Shown: piece after piece, positions 9,564-19,469 of the stretch | How the letters are laid out: the number at the start of each line of letters is the position of its first letter | How positions within the stretch are numbered: the first letter of the stretch is position 1 | Sequence record: SRR20825015_384 | DNA length: 35,582 nt | Reading direction: 5' to 3' (one strand) | Position numbers and translations under genes: made by a program | The notes under the pieces: model-generated | The model's database searches: none | The model's input: only the letters and a program-made list of their open reading frames with translations | Told to the model about the DNA's origin: nothing

Positions 9564-10304
9564 ATGACTTTGCTTTCCGTCAATCTCAATGCCGTCGCGC
9601 AATTGCGCAATCGCCGCGATCTGCCTTGGCCGAGCGTGACCGGAATCGCGCGCGTCGTGCTTGATGCCGGAGCCAGCGGGGTTACCGTGCATCCGCGCCC
9701 GGACGAGCGGCATATCCGGCGCACGGATGTGTTCGAACTGTCCGATCTGCTGCGCGCGGAATACCCAAGAGCCGAGTTCAATATCGAGGGCTATCCGAGC
9801 GAGGATTTCCTCGCGCTGATCGAGCAGGTGAGCCCGCAGCAGGTGACGCTGGTGCCTGACGATCCGGCGCAGGCGACATCGGACCATGGCTGGGATTTTG
9901 CCGGCAAGGGCAATTTTCTCCGCTCGGTCGTGCAGCGCCTGAAGCGGCCTGACCGGCGGATATCGCTGTTCTGTGATCCGGATGCCGGAGAGGCCGGCAT
10001 TGCCGCCGCACAGGCCACGGGGGCGGATCGGGTTGAGCTGTTTACCGGCCCCTATGGCGCCTGCTTTGACGATGCGGAAGAGGCCGAGCGGCAATTGACG
10101 GCGCTGGCGGTGACCTGCCGGGCGGCGCTGAATGCGGGGCTGGGAGTGAATGCCGGGCATGACCTGACGCTGGTCAATTTGCCGGATTTTCAGACGGCGG
10201 TGCCTGGGGTTGCGGAGGTGTCCATCGGCCATGGAATCACGGCGGATGCGCTCTTGATTGGGTTTGCCGAGGCGACCCGGCGCTATATGGACGTTCTGGC
10301 CTGA
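9564..10304 (+). CDS. pdxJ: Pyridoxine 5'-phosphate synthase
   Basis: [35 protein letters not shown] and EVSIGH motifs. Confidence 0.95.
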   Translation: MTLLSVNLNAVAQLRNRRDLPWPSVTGIARVVLDAGASGVTVHPRPDERHIRRTDVFELSDLLRAEYPRAEFNIEGYPSEDFLALIEQVSPQQVTLVPDDPAQATSDHGWDFAGKGNFLRSVVQRLKRPDRRISLFCDPDAGEAGIAAAQATGADRVELFTGPYGACFDDAEEAERQLTALAVTCRAALNAGLGVNAGHDLTLVNLPDFQTAVPGVAEVSIGHGITADALLIGFAEATRRYMDVLA

Positions 10305-10536
10305 GGCGATTGTTCGCTCAGGAAGAACACTTCGTGCGTGCAATGAAGGCAATGGCCCGGATTCGAGGCAGCCAGACTGCCTCGAAGGCGGAAATTGCCG
10401 GTATTTCTTATACTTACATGAGTGTGACCGGGGCACGGCAATGTCCCTGGCTGACATTTTCGTGCCCTCTTGAGGCTTTTCGTGACAGGCACATATATCG
10501 CCTCAGTTACGTTTTGTTACTAAGGAGGGCACTCAA

Positions 10537-11151
10537 ATGTCCAAGCTCAAGATCGGCGTCATCATCTCGTCCACCCGTCCCACCCGTTTCGGCGAAGTGC
10601 CGGCCAAGTGGATCCTGGACAAGGCCAATGAACGCCCGGAAATCGAGGCCGAGCTGATCGACCTGCGTGATTTCGACCTGCCGTTTTTTGACGAAGCGGC
10701 GTCCAATGCCTGGATGCCATCGCAGAATCCCGAGGCCGTACGCTGGCAGAACAAGATCTCCGAATTTGACGGCTTCATCTTCGTGGTCGCCGAATACAAC
10801 CGCGCCATCACCGGCGCGCTGAAGAACGCCATCGACCAGGCTTATGTGAACTGGAACAAGAAGGCTTTCGGCGCTGTCGGCTACGGCACTGTGGGTGCTG
10901 CCCGCGCCATCGAAAACCTGCGCACCATCGGTATCGAACTGCAGATGGTTTCGACCCGTTCGGCCGTGCACATCGCCGGCGCCGACTTCTTCGCCGTGCA
11001 TCCGCTGGGCCAGCAGAACAAGCCCATGAGCGAGATCGAAGGTTCGATCGGCAATTCGGCAAATGACATGCTCGACCAGCTCGTCTGGTGGGGTGAGGCC
11101 GCCAAGGCCGCCCGCGAGGAAGAAAATTCGGTCGCTGAGGCTGCCGAGTAA
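10537..11151 (+). CDS. NADPH-dependent FMN reductase (flavodoxin-like)
   Basis: ISSTRPTRFG, IDLRDFDLPFF and AEYNRAITGALKNAID; AAGGAGG RBS. Confidence 0.9.
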   Translation: MSKLKIGVIISSTRPTRFGEVPAKWILDKANERPEIEAELIDLRDFDLPFFDEAASNAWMPSQNPEAVRWQNKISEFDGFIFVVAEYNRAITGALKNAIDQAYVNWNKKAFGAVGYGTVGAARAIENLRTIGIELQMVSTRSAVHIAGADFFAVHPLGQQNKPMSEIEGSIGNSANDMLDQLVWWGEAAKAAREEENSVAEAAE

Positions 11152-11180
11152 GAACCGACCATCGCCAGCGTTCGCTAGGT

Positions 11181-11213
11181 AAAAGGGGCTGTCCTGTCGG
11201 GACAGCCCCTTTT
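11181..11213. terminator. Bidirectional intrinsic terminator
   Basis: AAAAGGGGCTGTCC-TGTCG-GGACAGCCCCTTTT perfect stem. Confidence 0.9.
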
Positions 11214-11306
11214 GTATGTGAACTATTCAGTTCACCGGGTGTTGTTTGTGAAGGGGGACGGGTGTATAGCGGCGCCCGCCCTGAAACAGCGAGAGCCCCA
11301 AAGCTC

Positions 11307-13229
11307 ATGACGCATGCGGAAACTGCCGGCGCTCCAGCCGGTGACGTAGCGACCGAACAGGCCAGCCACGGAAAATCCAGTCTACCGCTCCTTACCCTGG
11401 GGGCAATTGGCGTTGTGTATGGCGACATCGGGACGAGCCCGATTTACGCCTTCCGCGAAGCCATGGCGGTGCGTCCGGGCGTCGCCGCGACCGAAACCGA
11501 AGTGCTCGGCCTGCTGTCGCTGATCGTGTGGGCGTTGGCGCTGACCGTGGCGTTCAAATACGTGTTCTTCGTGACCAGGGCCGACAATAATGGCGAGGGC
11601 GGCACGCTCTCGCTGATGGCGCTGGCCCGCAAGACCTTCGACAAGCCCCCGGTGTGGATTACCGCGTTGGGCGTGGCCGGTGCGGCCATGTTTTATGGCG
11701 ACGCGATGATCACGCCTGCCATTTCGGTGCTGTCGGCTGTGGAAGGGCTGGAGTTGGTGGCGCCCAACATGACCCGATGGGTGGTGCCGATCACCCTGGT
11801 GATCATTCTGGGCGTCTTCTTCGTGCAGCGCTTCGGCACGGGCAGGGTGGGCGTGGTTTTCGGGCCGATTACCGCCGTATGGTTCCTGGTGATGGGGGGC
11901 ATTGGCCTTTTTCACATCGTGCAGAACCCCTTCGTGCTCTGGGCGCTCAACCCCTACCATGCGATCGAATTTCTCGCGACGCATGCCAATATCGCCTTTG
12001 TCGTGATGGGCGCGGTGTTTCTCGCCGTGACCGGCGCGGAAGCGCTCTATGTCGATCTGGGGCATTTCGGACGCAAGCCGATCGTGCTGGCCTGGTTCGG
12101 CCTGGTGTTTCCGTGCCTGCTGCTGAACTATTTCGGGCAGGGCGCCTTCGTGCTCAATGTCGGGCCGGAAAATGTGGTCAGCCCGTTCTTCGAAATGCAT
12201 CCGGACTGGGCGCTTGGCCCGTTCGTGGTGTTGGCCACGATGGCGACGATCATCGCCAGCCAGGCGGTGATTTCCGGCGTTTTCAGCCTCACCCAGCAGG
12301 CCATCGCGCTCAATCTCTTGCCGCGCATGATCGTGCAGCACACCTCGCAGGACCAGCGCGGCCAGATCTACATGCCCCAGATCAACACCATCATCATGAT
12401 CATGGTGCTGATCATGGTGGTGAGCTTTGGCAGTTCAACGGCGATCTCGGCTGCCTATGGTATTGCGGTTTCCGGCATCATGGTCGTGACGCTGGCGCTG
12501 TTGATGGTCGTGATGCGCCGCAACTGGAAGTGGCCGCTGGGCGGGGTTATCGCTTTCGGCCTGCTCTATGTGGTGATTGACGGCGGGTTCTTTGCCGTCA
12601 ATTCGGCCAAGATCGCGCAAGGTGGCTGGGTGCCGGTCGCGGTCGCGCTGTTCGTCTCCCTGCTCATGGTGAGTTGGATGACGGGGCGGAACCGACTGGC
12701 GGAAAAAACCCGTCGCGATGAAGTGCCGCTTGAATTCCTGGTCGAGAACCTGGCCAAGAAGAAACCGACCGTCGTGCCGGGTACTGCCATCTTCCTCACC
12801 AGCGATGTCGAGGGCGCGCCCACCGCGCTGCTGCATAGCCTCAAGCACTACAAGGTGCTGCATGAGCAGAACGTCATCCTGACCGTGCGGACCTCGACCT
12901 CGCCGCGCGTGCCGGACGATGAAAAGGTGACCATCGACGCCTATAACGAATTGTTCTTCCGCGTGGTGGTGACCTTCGGTTTCATGGAAGAGCCGAACAT
13001 TCCCAAGGCACTGGCGCTGGCCCGCAAGCTGGGCTGGAAGTTCGACATCATGTCGACCTCGTTCTTCCTCTCACGCCGTTCGCTCAAGCTGGGGCAGAAG
13101 TCCGGTCCGATCCGGTTCTGGCAGGACCGGCTGTTTATCCGGCTGGCGCGCAATGCCAGCGATGCGACCGAATATTTCCACATTCCCACCGGGCGTGTGG
13201 TGGAAATCGGTACGCAGCTTATCATCTGA
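11307..13229 (+). CDS. kup: Potassium uptake transporter Kup
   Basis: GVVYGDIGTSPIY, ADNNGEGG, TPAISVLSAVEG, TGAEALYVDLGHF and C-terminal GRVVEIGTQ. Confidence 0.96.
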   Translation: MTHAETAGAPAGDVATEQASHGKSSLPLLTLGAIGVVYGDIGTSPIYAFREAMAVRPGVAATETEVLGLLSLIVWALALTVAFKYVFFVTRADNNGEGGTLSLMALARKTFDKPPVWITALGVAGAAMFYGDAMITPAISVLSAVEGLELVAPNMTRWVVPITLVIILGVFFVQRFGTGRVGVVFGPITAVWFLVMGGIGLFHIVQNPFVLWALNPYHAIEFLATHANIAFVVMGAVFLAVTGAEALYVDLGHFGRKPIVLAWFGLVFPCLLLNYFGQGAFVLNVGPENVVSPFFEMHPDWALGPFVVLATMATIIASQAVISGVFSLTQQAIALNLLPRMIVQHTSQDQRGQIYMPQINTIIMIMVLIMVVSFGSSTAISAAYGIAVSGIMVVTLALLMVVMRRNWKWPLGGVIAFGLLYVVIDGGFFAVNSAKIAQGGWVPVAVALFVSLLMVSWMTGRNRLAEKTRRDEVPLEFLVENLAKKKPTVVPGTAIFLTSDVEGAPTALLHSLKHYKVLHEQNVILTVRTSTSPRVPDDEKVTIDAYNELFFRVVVTFGFMEEPNIPKALALARKLGWKFDIMSTSFFLSRRSLKLGQKSGPIRFWQDRLFIRLARNASDATEYFHIPTGRVVEIGTQLII

Positions 13230-13251
13230 ATTCAGAGTTATTTCGGAGTTC

Positions 13252-13279
13252 AAAATGAGGCCCGCCGGGCCTCATTTTT
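13252..13279. terminator. Bidirectional terminator between kup and the convergent gene
   Basis: AAAATGAGGCCC-GCC-GGGCCTCATTTT, overlapping the stop codon of the minus-strand gene. Confidence 0.8.
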
Positions 13280-13703
13280 GCATGTCGGGACAGAGGTAGG
13301 GCACGCCGGCGGGCGCGAAGCGCTGCTCCTCGACGCCGCCGACAAGTTTGAGACTAAGCACCAGTTCGTCGCTGGTCAGCGAGGCGATGTCGGCATTGAT
13401 GGTCATGCCGTCCTCGTCCCATGCAATCTCGGTGTCGGAAAGCTGTTGCCAATTGGAGAGACGATAGGTCTCCCAGCAGCTATCGGACACCATGGTGCCG
13501 TCCGAAAGGAAGACATGCATGATACCGGGCAGGGCGTCGCTGCTGTCCTGCCGGACCCAGACGCGGTTGAGCAGGGGATTGTCCTCGCGCGCTTCGGCCT
13601 CCTCGGCTGCCGGTTCCGTTTCCTGGCCCATGGCGGGAACAGAGGCACAGGTGCCAACGCCCCAAACGGTCATCAGCGCGAAAATGGCGGCCTTGGTATC
13701 CAT
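13272..13703 (-). CDS. Hypothetical exported protein
   Basis: GGGAGA RBS, hydrophobic N-terminus, acidic linker, SDSCWETY...YLCPDM segment; fills the gap between kup and the OYE gene. Confidence 0.7.
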   Translation of the reverse strand: MDTKAAIFALMTVWGVGTCASVPAMGQETEPAAEEAEAREDNPLLNRVWVRQDSSDALPGIMHVFLSDGTMVSDSCWETYRLSNWQQLSDTEIAWDEDGMTINADIASLTSDELVLSLKLVGGVEEQRFAPAGVPYLCPDMQK

Positions 13704-13811
13704 GAAATCTCTCCCTGCAATGCACCACACTTGGGCATCACTCTTGCGTGCGACAAGAGTGATCGTCCCAAGGCGGCGAAATTTGGTTCGCGCCGTGACC
13801 TTGTGAAGGCC

Positions 13812-14933
13812 TTATGCGCGCAGTCCGAGGACCTGGTCGCGCCCCGAGACGCGCTGGGTCTGCACCGGCCAGAGATCGTAATCCTGGTCGAGCACGCGAG
13901 CGGCGTGTGCGGCCCAGTTCGGATCGTCCAATGCACCACGCGCCAAAGCGATGAAATCGGCTTCGTCCCGCTGCAGGATGGCTTCGGCCGCTTCGATGTC
14001 GCCCAGCAGGCCGACGGCCATGGTGGGGATATCGGCACCCTGTTTGACAGTCTGGGCGAACGGCACCTGATAGGCCGGGGTCGAGGCAATGCGCCCCTGG
14101 GCCATGCCGCCGCTGGAGCAATCAATGGCATCGACACCGCGCGCCTTGAGTTCGATGGCCAAAGCGACGCTGTCCTCGGGCGTCCAGCCGCCCGGCGCAT
14201 TGTCGCTCACCGAGAGGCGGGCGAGCAGCGGCTTGTTCTGGGGCCAGACAGCGCGCACCGCTTCGGCAACTTCGAGCACCAGGCGCATGCGGTTTTCGCG
14301 ACTGCCGCCATACTCATCGGTGCGGTGGTTCGAGAGCGGGGAGAGGAACTGATTGAGCAGATAGCCATGTGCGGCGTGAATTTCGACGGTATCGAAACCG
14401 GCCTTTTCGGCGCGAATAGCGGCCTCGACAAAGCCGTCCTTGACGCGCTGGATGCCGGCCGTGTCGAGTTCGGTGGGCACCTGGAATTCAGGATTGGCCG
14501 GATCATGAGACTCTGCGCTGGGGGCCACGGGCTGCCAGTGTTCGTAACCGACCGCGCGGCGCCGCTCTTGGCTGGCAAGGTCTTCGGGCGTGTGCCAGGA
14601 CACCGGGGTCGAAGCCTTGCGTCCGGCGTGGGCAAGCTGGATGCCGGCGGCAGCGCCCTGGCTGTGCAGGAAGTCGACAATGCGGGCCAGGGGTGCAATC
14701 TGCTCGTCCTTCCACAGCCCCAGATCTGCGTAGGAAATGCGCCCCTCGGGCACGACGCCGGTGGCTTCCACAATCACCAGTCCGAATCCGCCCAGGGCGA
14801 AGCGGCCCAGATGCACGAAGTGCCAGTCATTGGCAAAACCGTCGATGGCCGAATATTGGCACATGGGCGCAACCACGGTGCGGTTGCGCAGGGTCAGGCC
14901 GCGCAGGGTGACGGGTGAAAGCAATTTTGACAT
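13812..14933 (-). CDS. NADH:flavin oxidoreductase / Old Yellow Enzyme (YqjM/NamA-like)
   Basis: APMCQYSA, IQLAHAGRKAS, EIHAAHGYLLNQFLSP and RTDEYGGSRENR. Confidence 0.93.
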   Translation of the reverse strand: MSKLLSPVTLRGLTLRNRTVVAPMCQYSAIDGFANDWHFVHLGRFALGGFGLVIVEATGVVPEGRISYADLGLWKDEQIAPLARIVDFLHSQGAAAGIQLAHAGRKASTPVSWHTPEDLASQERRRAVGYEHWQPVAPSAESHDPANPEFQVPTELDTAGIQRVKDGFVEAAIRAEKAGFDTVEIHAAHGYLLNQFLSPLSNHRTDEYGGSRENRMRLVLEVAEAVRAVWPQNKPLLARLSVSDNAPGGWTPEDSVALAIELKARGVDAIDCSSGGMAQGRIASTPAYQVPFAQTVKQGADIPTMAVGLLGDIEAAEAILQRDEADFIALARGALDDPNWAAHAARVLDQDYDLWPVQTQRVSGRDQVLGLRA

Positions 14934-15086
14934 TGGCAAAGTCCTTGGCCGGCTGAAGGCTGGAAAGAATATGCCCTACATGGCCTTTTCCGGCTTTATC
15001 GGCAAGTGCCGATGATTGAAAGCTGTGTTGCGAATGACGCATTTCCGTGAATAGCTCCTCTTCTGGACGTCAGAGCGGGAATCGCC

Positions 15087-15971
15087 ATGCCCATCACTGC
15101 AAGCCGTTTTCGTGAACTCCTGGGTTTTGAAGACCGCGGTGTCACGCGGCTGGACAAGCGTGTCGAGCCCATGGGCGACTATGTTATCGAGCATCTGCAA
15201 TTTCGCATTGGTGATGCAGAGGTGCGGGGCATTCTGACCCGTCCCGCCGAGAGCGCAGCGCCGCTGCCCGCAATTCTCTACGGACATTCACACGGTGGTC
15301 GTTACGACGTTGGCGCCCGCGAATTGCTCGATGGACGCGAATATCTGGTCAGTCCGCTGGGGCCGGTTTTCGCCCGTGCAGGCTATGTCACGCTGTGCAT
15401 CGACATGCCGGTCTTTGGTGCGCGGGCCGATGTCACCGAAAGCGCGGCCGCAAAGGCGCTGCTCTGGTACGGCCAATCGCTGTTCGGCGAGATGCTGTCC
15501 GATCATGCTGCGGCACTGACCTATCTTTCAGGTCGTGATGACGTGGATGCGTCGCGTATCGGGGCCTTCGGTCTCTCGATGGGTTGCGTGCTCAGCTATT
15601 GGCTGGCGGCGCTGGACAAGCGCATTACGGCGGTGGCGCATTTGTGCTGCTTTGCCGATTTCCGCACCATGGTCGAGCTGGGCGCGCATGATGGGCATGG
15701 CATCTATCTGACCGTGCCGGGGCTGCTCAAGGAAGCCGATGGCGGATCGATCGCCGCGTTGATCGCGCCGCGCCCGCAGCTCATCTGCGTCGGGGAGGCC
15801 GATCATCTGAGCCCGCCGCAGGCCGTGGCGCGCGCCATGGACGAATTGCGGCCCGCCTATGCGTCCGCACCGGACAGGCTCGAATTCATCAGTGAGCCTG
15901 GCGTTGGGCACGCGGAGACGCCAAGCATGCGGGCGGCGGTGTTGCGTTTTTTCGAGCGCTATCTGGGGTAG
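15087..15971 (+). CDS. Alpha/beta hydrolase (dienelactone hydrolase-like)
   Basis: Nucleophile elbow GLSMG, Asp in GEAD and His in GVGH; HSHGG motif. Confidence 0.85.
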   Translation: MPITASRFRELLGFEDRGVTRLDKRVEPMGDYVIEHLQFRIGDAEVRGILTRPAESAAPLPAILYGHSHGGRYDVGARELLDGREYLVSPLGPVFARAGYVTLCIDMPVFGARADVTESAAAKALLWYGQSLFGEMLSDHAAALTYLSGRDDVDASRIGAFGLSMGCVLSYWLAALDKRITAVAHLCCFADFRTMVELGAHDGHGIYLTVPGLLKEADGGSIAALIAPRPQLICVGEADHLSPPQAVARAMDELRPAYASAPDRLEFISEPGVGHAETPSMRAAVLRFFERYLG

Positions 15972-15987
15972 GGGCCTGAGCGACGGG

Positions 15988-16176
15988 CTAGCCGATGCCG
16001 ATGAGATCGAGGGCTCGCTGCTGCAGGTCCGGATTGGTCCAGAGCATGTAGCCGCCAAACACCAGCGCGGCGATCAGCGCCAGACCGAACAGTTTCTTCA
16101 TCACCGAAAACACCAGCCAGAGCAGGATCGCGGCGCCGATGCCGAGGACGAGAAGGCTGGACATGTCAGTCGGCAT
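15988..16176 (-). CDS. Small hypothetical membrane protein
   Basis: 62 aa with two hydrophobic helices separated by KK; fills an intergenic gap. Confidence 0.65.
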   Translation of the reverse strand: MPTDMSSLLVLGIGAAILLWLVFSVMKKLFGLALIAALVFGGYMLWTNPDLQQRALDLIGIG

Positions 16177-16319
16177 TGGGGGCCTCTATCGCGTGGATTG
16201 CGGCTGTCTAGGAGAGGGGCGTGCCCAGATTGTGGCAAAGGCGACAATGGCCTGACCGGGCCAAGTCTTGAACAGGCAAGCGCAGCATCCCAATTGAGCT
16301 GGTAACACAAGGAGATCGC

Positions 16320-16625
16320 ATGAGCAGTGACCGTAGCTACGCCCAATATGACATCGAGAAGAAATCACTGCTCGTCGCTTATCTGCTCTGGTTCTTCCTC
16401 GGCTATGTCGGCGCGCACCGCTTCTATCTCGGCCGGCCTCTGAGCGGCTTTGTCATGCTGGCGCTGTCCGGCGTCATCCTGCTTGTGACCTTGCTCAGCT
16501 TCGGCGTGCTCGGCTTCCTCTGGGCCATTGTCGGGATCTGGTGGCTCATCGACGCCCTTCTGATCACCGGCATCGCTGCCGGCCGCAACAGCCAGATCGC
16601 AGACCGATTGCTGGGGCGGCGGTAG
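16320..16625 (+). CDS. TM2 domain protein
   Basis: KSLLVAYLLWFFLGYVGAHRFYLG signature; AAGGAG RBS. Confidence 0.9.
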   Translation: MSSDRSYAQYDIEKKSLLVAYLLWFFLGYVGAHRFYLGRPLSGFVMLALSGVILLVTLLSFGVLGFLWAIVGIWWLIDALLITGIAAGRNSQIADRLLGRR

Positions 16626-16826
16626 AGAAAAGCGTTCATCGCGAGGGCTGAAAAGGGGAGAGGATCAACAACGCCCAAGCGGGATTGTCGCGATGAAGAC
16701 CTTCAACGCTTGTGCGCCGATGTCGCCCCTCCCACCGGCCGTCACCCTCTAGCTTGAGCCGAGGGCCCTGTACTTTGTTTGCCGGGATGGGATGGATTTC
16801 TACAGTCAGCTTTCGATGGCGAGCCA

Positions 16827-17642
16827 TTAAGAAGCGGCCGGGTGGTTTGCCTCGCGCCAGTGATTAACTGCGAAATCAACAAGCTGCGGCATGCCGGTAA
16901 TAATGCCGCGAGCCAGTGCGATGTTTCCCGAAGTGGCGACTCCCGACGCCATGGCAGCATCGCCAACTGGCAGAAATTCATCATCATCCATGATCTGTGG
17001 AACTTTGAATTTCACCCACTGCCGTCCGCCATCGACCATGATGGGAGCCCCTTCCTGCACGATGGGCCGATCAGGCCACCGAATGTCTTCGGCAAGATGC
17101 AGCGCGGTGCAACGATTGAAACCTACTCCAATCAACAAGGTTTTTGCGTTCAAACGATAAAGCGCGCCCGACGGCGATGTTGGCCCCAGTGGATCGCTTA
17201 GTTCGTGACGAGCGATGATCTCGCCTGCGTGTCGACCCCAAGCTGCCATGGAGGTGGCGGGATGGGCGCTACGTCTGGCTCCCGGCCAAGTGCGGAAGAC
17301 TTCGGCTACTGCTCCCATGCCGCCGGTGGGCGTCGTGGCAGGTTCGTAGGCCGGCATGGTCGAACGAATTATCTCAATCCAGGCCATCGGCACTGGCGGC
17401 TGCCGCCAATTTGCAGGGTCAGAAAGCCCGCCAGAATGGGTCGGCATGGCTATGGTGCCCCGGTTCCCCAGCGCATCGAGAAGGGCCTGCACAACCGCAA
17501 CCGGTCCGCCGCTGACCCAACCCAGTGACCGCAGTGAGCAGTGCACGAGCACCACGTCGCCTTGTCGGATGCCTATGCCTTCCAGGTCGCGTTGTAAGCT
17601 TTCCCTTGAGGCAGGGGTCTTTGTGCGATCGATAAGGTCCAT
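16827..17642 (-). CDS. AAC(3) family (aminoglycoside N3-acetyltransferase / YokD-like) protein
   Basis: GDVVLVHCSLRSLGWVSGG, MPTHS, RSAHP and LLIGVGFNRCTALHLAE motifs. Confidence 0.9.
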   Translation of the reverse strand: MDLIDRTKTPASRESLQRDLEGIGIRQGDVVLVHCSLRSLGWVSGGPVAVVQALLDALGNRGTIAMPTHSGGLSDPANWRQPPVPMAWIEIIRSTMPAYEPATTPTGGMGAVAEVFRTWPGARRSAHPATSMAAWGRHAGEIIARHELSDPLGPTSPSGALYRLNAKTLLIGVGFNRCTALHLAEDIRWPDRPIVQEGAPIMVDGGRQWVKFKVPQIMDDDEFLPVGDAAMASGVATSGNIALARGIITGMPQLVDFAVNHWREANHPAAS

Positions 17643-17671
17643 TGAGCCGCATCCATGGTGAACTCGCCCTA

Positions 17672-17765
17672 CAATGTCAGCTCTTAGGTGACGATCGGAT
17701 GAACGGCAATGACCGAAACGGAGCGCGTTTCGGACCGCACGTGCTGACCCCCATTGCGGTCATTG
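17672..17765. repeat. Junction repeat cluster (direct pair plus inverted copy)
   Basis: CAATGTCAGCTCTTAGG (17672), CAATGACCGAAACGGAGCGC (17707) and minus-strand CAATGACCGCAATGGGGGTC (17765-17746). Confidence 0.6.
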
Positions 17766-17882
17766 AGACCCGGCCTATCCCCACAGATTGCCAATATGAC
17801 GGACGTCCTGTCACCAGGATGAACCTGCCCGATAGCACTGGCGCCAGATGTGAAGCAGGTCGAGGTGTAGGCAATGCAATTA

Positions 17883-17914
17883 TTCTTGACTCTGGAGTCC
17901 AGAATGCCTATCTC
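17883..17914 (+). promoter_or_regulatory. tetR promoter with overlapping operator
   Basis: TTCTTGACT-CTGG-AGTCCAGAA palindrome overlaps -35 TTGACT (17886); 17-bp spacer; -10 TATCTC (17909). Confidence 0.75.
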
Positions 17915-17920
17915 GACATC

Positions 17921-18508
17921 ATGGCAAGACCTAAAGAGTTTGATCGCGACGCGGCGCTGGCCGGGGCACTCGAAGTGTTCTGGGCCAAGGGCTATGAGGG
18001 TGCCTCGACCGACGATCTGCTCCGGGCGATGAAAATCGGCCGGCAATCCATGTACGACACGTTCGGGGACAAGCACGCGCTCTTCCTCGAGAGCCTGCGC
18101 CGCTACCATAAGCTCGACAACAAGAATTTCTTCGACCACCTGGGCGACAATCCCTCACCGCTGAAGGTGCTGCACGGCTTCCTCTCCATTTTCGCCCGTC
18201 GTAGCGCGGAGGAAAATGCCAGGGGCTGCATGGGTATCAACGCCACGACCGCCTTTGGCCGTACTGAACCGGAGGTCGCGACACTGGCGCGCAATACCGC
18301 CGACAATGTCGAGGCCATGCTCGCCGAACTCGTTGAGGCCGCTCAAGAGGCGGGCGAACTTGCGGAAACCCTCGACGCAGGGACGGCCGCGGGCTTTCTT
18401 TACGCCGCCCTCCAGGGGCTGACCATCCGCGCCCAGGCGGGGGCCGGTCGGGACGAACTGGCCAATGTCGCCAATTTCACCGTAGAGGCGCTCAAAGCCA
18501 TGCGGTAG
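17921..18508 (+). CDS. TetR/AcrR family regulator (ComR/NemR-like)
   Basis: MARPKEFD...VFWAKGYEGAS...IGRQSMYDTFGDK HTH and C-terminal RGCM motif. Confidence 0.93.
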   Translation: MARPKEFDRDAALAGALEVFWAKGYEGASTDDLLRAMKIGRQSMYDTFGDKHALFLESLRRYHKLDNKNFFDHLGDNPSPLKVLHGFLSIFARRSAEENARGCMGINATTAFGRTEPEVATLARNTADNVEAMLAELVEAAQEAGELAETLDAGTAAGFLYAALQGLTIRAQAGAGRDELANVANFTVEALKAMR

Positions 18509-18544
18509 GCGCCCTCAAACCACCCTAACCACAAGCCTGTTTAA

Positions 18545-18566
18545 TTCTGGACTGCGCAGTCCAGAA
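18545..18566. promoter_or_regulatory. TetR operator upstream of the SDR gene
   Basis: Perfect 22-bp palindrome TTCTGGACTGCGCAGTCCAGAA matching the site at 17883. Confidence 0.85.
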
Positions 18567-18600
18567 AACGACCATCCATGTCTTGCGAAAGGATACTGAC

Positions 18601-19341
18601 ATGTCTGACTATCAACCACTCCACGGCAAGCGCGCCATCGTCTCTGGCGGCTCACGCGGCATAGGCGCTGCCATTGTCCGCAAGCTTGCGGAGCAGGGCG
18701 CCTATGTGGCGTTCACCTATTCGGCAAATGCCGAAGCGGCGCAAAATCTCGTAGCTGATATCAAGGCAAAGGGCGTTACGGCCTTTGGCCTCCGGGCCGA
18801 CAGTGCCGACGTCCAGGGGCTGCAGGACGCGATCCGCGAAGCCGTCGAAACCCTGGGTGGCCTCGATATCCTGGTCAACAATGCCGGCATCCTGGTCCAT
18901 GCCCTGTTAGACGACATGAGCCAGGCCGACTTTGACAAGACCATCGCCATCAATGTGCGGGCGCCGTTCTTTGCCATGCAGGAGGCGGCCAGGCATATGC
19001 AGGCGGGTGGGCGCATCATCAACGTGTCGAGCAATGTCGCGGTCAGCGCGGCGGTGCCCGGGTCCAGCGTCTATGGATTGTCCAAGTCCGCCGTGACGGC
19101 CATGACGCGCTCGCTGGCGCACGAGTTTGCCCCCAAGGGTATCACGGTCAACGCAGTGCAGCCCGGACCGACCACGACCGACATGACATCGGGGATGGAG
19201 GATTTCATCATCGGCCGCGTGCCTGCGGGTCGCCTCGCGGCTGCTTCGGAGCCGGCAGCCCTGGTTGCTTACCTTGCCGGGCCAGATGCAGGCTTCATCA
19301 ATGGCGCGGCGATTACCATCGATGGCGCCATGACCGCCTGA
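18601..19341 (+). CDS. Short-chain dehydrogenase/reductase (FabG/BdcA-like)
   Basis: SGGSRGIG, LVNNAG, YGLSK catalytic motif and NAVQPGPTTTDM; AAGGA RBS. Confidence 0.93.
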   Translation: MSDYQPLHGKRAIVSGGSRGIGAAIVRKLAEQGAYVAFTYSANAEAAQNLVADIKAKGVTAFGLRADSADVQGLQDAIREAVETLGGLDILVNNAGILVHALLDDMSQADFDKTIAINVRAPFFAMQEAARHMQAGGRIINVSSNVAVSAAVPGSSVYGLSKSAVTAMTRSLAHEFAPKGITVNAVQPGPTTTDMTSGMEDFIIGRVPAGRLAAASEPAALVAYLAGPDAGFINGAAITIDGAMTA

Positions 19342-19469
19342 TAGGTGAACCGGGTCCTCGCCAAACCGCTGCGCGGCGGGGGGCCAGACATCCTTAAGAC
19401 GTCAGCGGCATCGCAGGGAGGTCTGCGCCGGTTGCGGTGCTCGTCCTCTAAGGCGTCTCGGGAGAGGCT

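Noticed and set aside
10434-10465. Hairpin GCACG..AATGTC/GACATT..CGTGC as a core-region copy of the junction motif
   Set aside because: It shares only AATGTC, and lacks the TGGGGCG end and the 35-bp or 58-bp partner geometry.
5331-14918. Long antisense ORFs (5331-6773, 7349-9202, 11382-12341, 13278-14918)
   Set aside because: They mirror well-supported genes on the opposite strand and have no recognisable motifs.
16626-16826. tRNA or att site at the left border of the accessory region
   Set aside because: No cloverleaf seen, and no direct repeat matching the right end of the window.
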